Shown here piece by piece: positions 54,492-64,000 of a stretch of DNA of 64,000 nucleotides (positions are counted from its first letter, which is position 1; the number at the start of each line of letters is the position of its first letter). This stretch comes from Octopus sinensis (taxonomy: Eukaryota). The translations under genes and the position numbers were made by a program. The stretch is taken from NCBI RefSeq assembly GCF_006345805.1, contig NW_021829832.1, positions 186,001 to 250,000 on the forward strand, written 5' to 3'. A model generated the notes under the pieces. That model ran no database searches and had not been told where the DNA came from. It saw nothing but the letters and a program-made list of their open reading frames with translations.

Positions 54492-55940
54492 TTGCCCGCC
54501 TGGTCTCTTTGGCCTACGGTCGCCCCAGTCTCCTTATCACTTGTCCTGCAACGGTGTCCAACAAGGCGACTCTGGGTCCTATTCTTTTTGTCCTGGCAAT
54601 TGATCCCGTTGCCAGAAGTGTATCCTCCCTTTTTAATGCATGGTATTTGGACGATGCCACTATCGGAGGTACTTTCGAATTCTTTTTTGACGATCTGAGA
54701 ATTTTAATCCCAGCATCACACGCAATTGGGCTCAAAATCAATTCCCCCAAAAATCTGAAATCTTTAACATCAGTTATGATGTTCGCCGTTTCTCTGTTTC
54801 CCGGTCCTGTTTTTATTGAGGAACTGTTTCGCCATTTCTAAATTATTGTTTACTTTTAGAAGCGCACCATGCTTTGCCAATCCAGAGAGCCTCTCCAGAT
54901 TCGACCATGTCCTCAGGACTTGCCTCGAATCAATATGTAATGCCCATTTTGACGATCTTCGCTGGGAACAGGGAATACTCCCCATCAGTCATGGCGGCAT
55001 CGATGTGCGCTCAGCCATTGACCTTTCTTTGTCAGCATTCCTTTCTTTTACACATGCAACGAGCACCCTTGTCCAAGAGATTCTCCAACTTGTTACCGAA
55101 TCTTCTATGGACTCAGAGTCAGTCAGCGCGGAAAGTCACTGGCTTGGGTTGCCTCTTCTGCAAAATACACACGCATAGGACAAATGGAACAGGATCCTTA
55201 GTGACCAGAAAATGAATAACCTCAAGCCTAAGCTTAATCAACATCGCTTGGCTTATTTATTGATTGCTTCGTAACCATATTCGGGAGCTTGGTTGACTGC
55301 CATCCCAATGGGATCAATTGGAACCTTATTGGACGATGATTGGCTGAGGATCGACGTCTCATTGCGCCTGGGGCTAAACGTATGCCGGGAACACCGGTGC
55401 CGCTGCGGATCAACCGTTGACCTCTTTGGATTGCACCGATTATCGTGTCAGAGAAGCTCCCGACGTCTCCCTCGATATACTGCCCTGAACGACATAGTCA
55501 AGCGGACTCTCGAAACTGCCGGATTCCCATCACTGTTGGAACCGGTCGCCCTGGTTCGGGAGGATGGTAAACGTCCTGATGGCCTAACAACTTTTCCTTT
55601 GGAAAATGTCAAGTCTCTCATCTGGGACGCAACTTGCAAGGACACCTTCTCCTCCGGAAACATCTTTACGTCGGCCGCAGAGCCGGGCTCCGCAGCTAAC
55701 CTGGCAGGAGCGCTAAAAGTCAAGAAATACAGTGCATTATCGCACCGTTATATCTTTGCCCCGATCGCATTGGAGACATCAGGAGTCTTTGGTCCCAGAA
55801 CTAAAAAATTCCTTATAAAAATGGTGGACTTGGCAAGCAGAAGGAGAAACGATCATCGAGAACGGACATGACTTTTCCAACGCGTAACAATAGCCATCTT
55901 GCGTGGGAATTGCCATTTCATCTTATCCTCTGCTGCTAAT
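54492..55940 (+). mobile_element. 5'-truncated CRE-clade non-LTR retrotransposon (RT end, zinc knuckle, RLE), frameshifted
   Basis: LGPILFVLAI..WYLDDATIGG, ILPISHGG, CRCG..HRLSC, LEPVALVREDGKRPDG..WDATCKDT and PIALETSGVFG. Confidence 0.85.
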
Positions 55941-56377
55941 TAGTTACTCGTTTTTCCTGCTTTTGAAATCAAAAAAAACTCAATTTATTAAACAAATTAT
56001 AAATTTACTCGTTTTGCTTTATCTAAAGTGAACAAAGAGGCTAAACTATAATCGGGTAACACCCATATTATAAGTAGATATAGTAGTAAAGCAATCCCCC
56101 TTTTGATCAGGTAGTCAAAATTTGTAAAGAAAAAGTACAATCTATATCTATCATTGTTGTCAGGAGAAAATCATGCTTACCAGATTAGGAAATATCCAAC
56201 TGGAATACAACCACAAAATACCATTGCTAATGAAGGACAGTTCATTCACAATGTCCTCCCTCCCCCAAGAAGGACGCTTTAACAAAATCACTAGATGGTG
56301 TTCTTAGACCACAATAATAGCTCAAAAAATGACGTAAAAGTTGAAAAAACCATATTTATTAATTATATATTAACTGA

Positions 56378-57663
56378 CTATTTTTGGTTATTGTAATTAG
56401 GCGATGACTTTGATTTATAATTTATTAGAAGTTCTTGGTAGAAGGCACAGGTAGTTCGTGCATCAGTGCGAGATATAATATAGAAATACAATGCTGTCAT
56501 AACCAGCAAGGGAAATAAGAAAGTTATCATAGGAACGGAGTAATGATTTTCAGGAAATACAAACTGCAAAACGACAAAAAGTCCCATTAATGCGACAATT
56601 ACAGACACGTCTCGGAAATATAACTTTGGTTTCATATTTTCCTGAAATAACTGTTCGGCGTCTTCAATAGGGCCTTTATTGCAGCCAATATTTGTGTTTA
56701 CATTTTCTAATTTCTCGTTAAAATCAATCAAAAATGTCGCATAATACCCCACGTGATCAGAATACCAATATTTAGTGGTTCCAATTTCCTTAAAAGTAGT
56801 CCCAAATCGCGTAACCGAACACTCTAACTTTACAAAAAATGAAATTACTGTAATTGGAATGGTAAAGCAAATAGTCTATGCGTGATCCGGGATTATTTCC
56901 CGAGTAAGGGTTACCCGGAAATCCAAATGTGACCAACTAACAACATTTTATAGTCAAATCCACCTTTGGATCAGAACAAGAATCGTGCAAATCGGTGAGA
57001 ACATTTAACAATAAGAAATCTTCATTTTGAGAGGAAGAATTGAGGTCCCCCGCAAGAATGGCGACATCGGACGACTGGTGGCACTGATTTATAAAACAGG
57101 CCAGCTGATAGAACTGTGTCCTCCTGTCCACAGCAAAGGAATTTGTGTCCGAATAACTGGCAATAGTCTTGAAGTGTCATAAAACACAAAAACGTGGCAA
57201 TTGAAGATATCAACGGTTTTTCCATAAAAATTGATTCTGACAACTCCGACACCCTTCCCGCCGTACCAATCTCCGTGTGTGATTTGGTGAGGATGTCCAT
57301 TCATGGTAAATTTGTAAAAAGATATCCACAATATTTCATGTCGAGAAAACACGGCTAATCCTGACCCAGAAAAACCACTTAATGAATGACTAATTTTCCA
57401 TACCTCCGAAAGTAGTGAGAATAACAAAACCTAGCAGTGTTAGCAATAAGGTGGTAGTCATTAATATCCCACAGCTATTATTAATCAATAATTAGAATAC
57501 TTCTTGCAGGCAAACTACGTTATAAGGACAGTTTGCAAGTGTCTCCCCAATCGCCTCCATTCGTGTTTTTCTGTCCTTGGAGACGAAGGGTATCGGGATT
57601 CCCCTATTCGCTATAACGAATGGCTTTTAACCAAGTGTTGAGAGTGACCACATTTAAGTCCAT
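56378..57663 (-). CDS. SMPD2: Neutral sphingomyelinase (SMPD2/Isc1 family)
   Basis: Spliced MDLNVVTLNTWGIP..VVCLQE, HYFRSGFSGSGLAVFS, HGDWYGGKGVG, ILAGDLN, SDH and two C-terminal hydrophobic helices; TAG at 56378-56380. Confidence 0.92.
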
Positions 57664-57769
57664 TATGACCTATTAAATTAATATTTTATTTCCTAGCTAA
57701 ATTAACAATTAAAAAAATCATTTTTCAAAATTTCAGCCAGTTAAATTTCGTTATCCTTAGTCACTTGCT

Positions 57770-57830
57770 GTCTGTCGATTTGGTCACCTTCTCGCGGTGG
57801 CAGATGATAGTTTTATACTACGAAAAGACC
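57770..57830 (+). ncRNA. HDV-like self-cleaving ribozyme at the 5' end of the LINE
   Basis: P1 GUCUGUC(57770-76)/GGCAGAU(57799-805) with a G.U wobble at the cleavage site; P2 GGUC(57782-85)/GACC(57827-30); P3 ACC/GGU; L3 UUCUCGC; P1.1 UC/GA; P4 UAGU/ACUA; putative catalytic C57821 followed by GAA. Folded by hand. Confidence 0.75.
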
Positions 57831-60506
57831 CCCAACTACTCCCCTGTCGGATCGATTCCGCAACGTCGGTGGCAGCAGAGCAGTCGTGAAGCCGTTTCTC
57901 CCAAGGACCTCTTTGCTTATCAAACTCGCCCTTCTCCTTTCCGGAGACATTGAACCAAATCCTGGCTCCAGCAAGAAGAACCCATTACGTAGCTTGCAAA
58001 TCAACATGAATGGGATTGCTCATAAGACTGCTGAACTTTATTCTTTCTTGGAGAAGCACGGCGTGGATATTGCTTTGGTGCAAGAAACGAAGCTCTCGAC
58101 TAAAAATCGTTTGCTTGATTTCTCGGGTTACTCATACGTCCGTTGGAAGGTCTTTTACGACCTAAATTCTGATCACAACCCGATTATTTTTGAGAATGCC
58201 CTAAAATCCAACATCGACATTCAACGGCGTTGTTATACAAATTACAAAAAAGCTTCCTGGGACGACTACCGTCTCGCTCTAGAAAAATCATTGAATGATT
58301 TCGATATCATCAACTTTCGTTCGACTGACGCAGCAGTCAATTATGTACTTATCATCTCCATCTCTAAAACATTCATTCTCAAGGAATTATACAAAATTTC
58401 TCCCAAAGTTACAGCCACGAAGTAAACGCCCTTATAAAGACCCGTAACAAACTGAAACGGGAAAATCTGCTGTGTCCTTTATAAAACTGAGGAATCTAAA
58501 CAAACAAATCACTGCTGCCATAAATCGGCATATTGACTCGAAGTGGAGTCAATTTATTGGTTCTATTGATTATAGATCCAATTCCTCCAAAATTTGGTTA
58601 ACCCTTAAAGGGATGAATGAACTAATGTTCAAAAAGCAAAAATCGCATAAGTCTGTTGTTTCTCGTCCCCGTTCAGATATGTCACTCAATCCGGTTAAAC
58701 ACACTAATGAAATATTGCACTTCATTAAGTCACAAAAAATCTAACAAAAACGACCGGAAAGTAACCAAAGAAGACTTCCCGTCAAAGATTCTATACCGAC
58801 TTTCACTGCGGAGAAAGTCTCGCAATGCATTAAAAACTTCAAAAACTCCCCTGCAACTGGCCCTGACAACATTTCAATCTATCATCTCAAAAGACTATGC
58901 CCTAATGCTATAAAAGCAATAGTCTCTATTTTCAACAATTCTGTTGCGAAAAACGAAATACCATCCCTCTGGGAGAAATCATGTATCATTCCATTGGTCA
59001 AACTAAACAAACCGGCTGGCATTCCAAGTTCCTACCGCCCAATATCTCTTCTGTGTACGCTAGCTAAAATCCTTGAAAGACTAATACTCAACATGGTTTT
59101 AAACCACTGCACTCAACAACTACTCACTTAAACACTTTCGCAATCTGTCCTGGACGGCTTCAATGAGAAGAGACCCCCAAAACGAACAGTTTCGATCGAT
59201 GTCTCAAAGGCGTTTGACTCGGTGTGGACTCATCAACAAAATTTTAGACAGACCTAAACCCAAACCTCAAAACCTGGCTTGCAAACTTCTTATCGGGTCG
59301 AATGGGATACGTCTCCCTTATGGACCACTGTTAAAAACAACACTATCTTCCAAATGGGGTACCGCAGGGTTCTGTGTTGTCCCCTTCCCTGTTCAACTTA
59401 TATTTACATGACTTTCTTACGCAGGTGACATTATCATTGCTTCTAAACACGCAGGTTACATATCAGCCTCTCTCAACATCCAGCAAAAACTATACTCCAC
59501 TGAGAATTGGTTCATTGAAAACAGACTCGAGGCTTCGCCCTCGAAATCATCGGTCACCTTATTTTCTTTCGAGAGAAGACAATCAAACCTTTACCCGAAG
59601 TTATCTCTCTTTGGTTCTGACCTCCCACTATGCAAAAACCCTACTATCCTCGGACTTACTTTTGATCCAGCTATGTCCTTCAACAAGCATGTCTCTAACA
59701 TTTCTGACAAGGCAAACAGACGCAAAAACATACTAAAAGCAATAAGTGGTGACATTACAGGCCCCAAAAAGCCACTCCTCAAACAAGATTACAAACAATA
59801 CATACGCCCGTACTAAGTTATGCGAGTCCAAGCTGGGCGCCCTGCCTATCAATAAACTCGACAATGACACTTCAATCAGTACAAAACAACGCACAATATC
59901 TGGGTGTCTGAAATCAACCCCCATTGATAACCTCCACTGTGAAACAAACCTTTTGCCAATTGAAGATCATCTAAATATGAGAGGAGCGCAATTTTTATTT
60001 GCATCTCGAATTCCCTATCATCCATGTTCTGCTCTAGATTTGCTAATTCTCGTTCAGAGAAGAACACTATATTTCCGGATCATTGCTAAAATTGATGGCT
60101 TGCACCAATGTCCATATCCAATGAAGAGAATTCACGATTTGATATCTACGTCAGCTATTCTTAAGCTGACGCCTAACTCTGTACTCAATAAACCTCCTCC
60201 TGACGTTCTGAATTGGTTCTCGACCGTTCGGCTCAGACAAACTTGGCTCGTTTCCGTTATGGTCATCACTCCTCATTAAACCACTATGCACACAAAATGG
60301 ACATCTCGATCTCCCCCTTTTGTCCCATTTGCCGTGCTGACGAGCACACAACTGCCCGTCTATTCGTCTTGGTCTTTTTTGGCTCCGTAAAAAATTTGCC
60401 ATTCACTTCCCGGAGGTCTTATGGGAGCAACCTGGGAGGGCGCTGTTGTTTCTGCAAGCTGCTGGTCTCATAACTTAATGTGAGATCGGGGTTATGCAAC
60501 AACAAC
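57770..60506 (+). mobile_element. Ingi/Vingi-like APE non-LTR retrotransposon, 5' end preserved, coding region dead
   Basis: 2A-like DIEPNPGS, then EN (LQINMNGI, ALVQETK, SDHNPI; internally deleted), RT (SYRPISLL, IDVSKAFD, GVPQGSVLSP, YAGD in place of YADD), ISGCLKSTP..LHCETNLLP, C-terminal CPIC..H finger and a (CAA)n tail. Clade assignment is by resemblance. Confidence 0.85.
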
Positions 60507-60939
60507 TTCCGTTGCTCTAGCTGTTGTAATTTCCATTATATTTGACAAAGAGAACAGACAGGCGAAACTCATATAAAGTTGGAACACTCCTAGGAGATAA
60601 CATTACCAGGAGAAAGATGTCGTCGACTATTGCAGTCAAAAGACCACATGAGTACGAAACCGCAAAGTTGGAACACCCCTACGTGCCAAGTTAACAATAC
60701 TTTTGTTAAGCCTGACCGCAAGGCAGGGACAGAAGAGCATTTGAGTCTGAACTAAAGTCCCTCGACACGACTAGAATTTGGCATTTCACACAAATATAGA
60801 AGTCCAAAGGGAAAGTTGATTTAAGTAACGCAAAATAATACGCGTAATTACAGAAACTAAAAAACTCTGATTCCTTAACATTAATTCACATGGCAGTAGT
60901 GCTGTTGCATCGCAATTAAAAATATATTAAAAACAAAAA

Positions 60940-63900
60940 CTAAACAGGTCTTAGTCTAAACAATCGAAAATTAGTGGGGGCCAAGCCCATGGAGGTCTCA
61001 ATGCTGCCAATAACGCAGCGAAGATAATCCTCGACACAACTAAGCAAATTCGACCGACAATCATCCATGATTTCACTAACACTGGACAAATCACACAAAA
61101 TACAAACTCGACCGTCCCAACTTGAAACTGCAGGCTAAAAGAATCAAAAAACTCATCAGAATCCGGACAAAAATTCAGAACAAGCTTCACCACATTTGTG
61201 CGATCATAATCAACAAAAATAACAAAAACTCTAAACATGAGACCAGTAATACTACTCCATAGCATCCGCACAAATGACATTATAGTTAACACCAATATCG
61301 ATCAGATCGTACAGCAAATGCAGCGCGTAGTTTGCACGCACACAAACTTTGTAGAAAAACTAATAATTACGAGGACAAAACAACCTCATTCATTCGTGAC
61401 AGTTTTGCAGGCCACGAAATATGCCGACACGAATTAATCAGTAAATTTTGGACAAATATCTCATAATCACAGGGCTCATATTCTACGACGGAATAATCAC
61501 ACCATATACCAAACTGATACCCAAATTCGACCCCTCGGACCTCTGCATTCTTGAACTCCTTCATGTTCTCGTAACAAATCTCGACGGAGAGTGCAATTCG
61601 GACAGTCAGGCGTGTGTCGACTAACAATACTGTTAGACTATAGTCAGCCAAATCCACCACCACACAATTATTGACACTGAATATTACAAGCTCTATCACA
61701 CCTCAGAATTAGTTTAATCCGATCTTTCAGCTCATTTAAATGCCCAGAACACAAAACACGACTTTGTTCCTTCAAATCGGCCAATTCGACGCCGAGCATT
61801 TCGTTTTCGGCAATCAAAGTTTGTTCCGCGGAAAGACTCGAATTCACAAGCCTACAAAATCTAATAACAAAAAACTTATCAAGTTCTTCAACTTTTTTCC
61901 CCAATTCACAATTTTCTAGAATTTGTTTGAAAACACAAAACCCTTCTCCAACTCGGAATTTCTCTTCTCCCTTTCCTGCAACTGTTTTTGCTCTGATTTT
62001 TTTAAATTAACAAAAAGGAACCCTCGGCTTGTTTCTTCATAAAAGCCTTCTCACACTCATCTGCTTTCCTGACAAGGATTTCGAACTATTCCCTCAAAAC
62101 GATTCCACTAACCTGTTCCCGGTGTAATTTAGCCTGGTCCGCCATTTTCTTTTTATCTACCAGTCTTTGGAGACAGAATTGGCCTCCCCCGCTGTAAATC
62201 ATTCCAAACAACTTTTTCAGTTTTTTCTAAATATCCCAAGTTTTGACAACCATCGTGGCGGTTCCATAAACACGATACAGCGGCATCACCTCCAACTTCA
62301 ACACACGTGGAAACCCGTCGAATTCCCTAAAATAATAAAAACACGCCAAAACAAACAAATCCTCCTTGGTTGTCTTTGGCATTTTACCAAAGTGGAGAAA
62401 ATAGGCAAAACGATCCACAAATTGATTCTACTGGCTAAATCATGACACTCCACCGTAATTTGAACTCCGTGATGATTTCCCAACTGGTCATCAATCTCTC
62501 TTAGGTTGAACAAATCGACTAGTTTGTCCACGGAGACATACTCATCCTAACATGTTAGAACACCACCCACCTCTTCTAATAATTTTTTCCAAAATATACG
62601 ACTTTCTGTCATTGTTTCCACCGGCACTGGATCTGGACATGTTTTGTAAATTTTATCAAACAAGCCTATTTGTTGACGATGGAAAAATACTTTGAATTCG
62701 GATTTGTGTTTTTCTTTTATTTCTCTTAGCCAGTTCTTGCCTGGTTACTTCTTTGGTTAAGATATCTGTGGGTTAAGACTGGACATACCTTTTATATCCT
62801 CCTCAATTTCCTCTTCTATATTATCAATAAAGTCCAATAACCTTTCCGCATTGCGAGATCTACCAAAATACTCCCCGTTTTCCCAAAATTCCCAAAAGTT
62901 GTGGTATCTAGCACTTCTAAACACGGCAAAACCTCCAATCGTTCTATTTCGTCGAAAAATATCGCTGGTTTGATCAATGCTTGCTCGCGTGCTGAACACA
63001 CGCCTACTCAGTGTCCTCGAATTGTCACCATATGAACAATAATTGCCATATTTAGACACATTTTGAGTGTAATCTCCAATCTTTAGAACATCACATCAAA
63101 CCATAAATTCGAGTCAAATCCACGTGACCAAAACTCGAGGAATCTGACTAATTCAATAACACAACCACAAACCGACTCTTTTCGAGATTTCAACCTCTTC
63201 ACTCAATTGCCGGGACATGGAAACCACTGTTTGGTCTTAGAAATGAGAGAATCTACAAAACCACTATTCCGTCCTTCCTCATGGTCTCCTCTTGAGAAAT
63301 CGAATCTACAAATACCACAATTTGTCGTTTTAAACTGTTTAAATAACTTTGATGTGACTGAATGAGTTCTTTCAGTTATTAAAACGTTAATACCAGAATT
63401 CATAGAAGCGATTCTGTCCAATTCCTCAATCAAAACTACGACAAGTTTTGAATCAAAACAAACCACTGGAAGGTGAATCCTCGTCCATAGAAATGTCTGA
63501 AATAACTACATTCCGACACATACCCATATCCTCCTGGAAATCCGGCATCACTGGGCTCTTGGTCTGTCCAGTCCTCGCTGTGTCTGAATTTAATATACAA
63601 ATATAACCAGAGGATGTTGCAGTTCTCATTATCGCAGTATCTCCATAGTCTAAAGTTATAAAAATGTAAAAACTGATAGTTCCACCGTAAGATAGACCGG
63701 GATATGTTTTTTTACTGTTAGAATTCTCCTGTTGATTCGCTGTAGACTTGAGACCTTGGAATAAGAAGATGACATACCCCGTCCTTCCGTGGATGAACCA
63801 TATTCCCCCATTAGGATTGTATTGTTGGACAATTTGTTATTTGATGAAGTCTCGTCAGGGTCACTTCTGTTGTCCTTACTCGAGAGGATAGTGGATGGCA

Positions 63901-64000
63901 TATATTTTGAAGAGTGACTGTTGTTTATTAGGCAATAAAGCACCTCAATTGGTCTTTTACAGGCGTGGAATGTTCATGTTCGGTGAAGTTGAGATCAATT
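60940..64000 (-). CDS. Unidentified multi-exon gene (Ser-rich N-terminal part, coiled-coil C-terminal half); 5' end beyond the window
   Basis: More than ten 23-31-nt GT-AG segments punctuate otherwise open frames (e.g. DILTKEVTRQELAKRNKRK, GKKVEELDK, AENEMLGVELADLKEQ); TAG at 60940-60942. Confidence 0.65.

Overview
AT-rich eukaryotic (animal-like) genomic window with the standard genetic code. The ORF track is fragmented because host genes are cut by ultra-short GT-AG introns (those I counted are 23-32 nt, most 24-27 nt). That pattern is best known from dicyemid mesozoans, but the taxon is an inference only. Eleven host genes can be assembled by hand: TRRAP/Tra1 (3' part), a UBE2D-type E2, a 7-sushi-domain membrane protein, katanin p60, a multi-EF-hand protein, a CUL1-like cullin, DPH6, DTD1, a TMC channel, neutral sphingomyelinase SMPD2 and an unidentified coiled-coil gene running off the right edge. 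They sit as compact islands between dense, nested transposon clusters: four Tc1 families, pogo, several hAT, a non-autonomous Helitron family, and RTE, CRE, R4-like, jockey/L2-like and Ingi/Vingi-like LINEs. The most striking hand-read features are: (1) a complete HDV-like self-cleaving ribozyme fold (57770-57830) followed by an AUG-less ORF with a 2A-like motif at the 5' end of an Ingi/Vingi-like LINE, head-to-head with SMPD2; (2) a DD35E Tc1 present as two near-identical inverted copies, one intact; (3) an intron-like GT...AA segment in DTD1; (4) an RTE element split into two inverted halves about 11 kb apart around the TMC gene. All coordinates were counted by hand; no database search was run.
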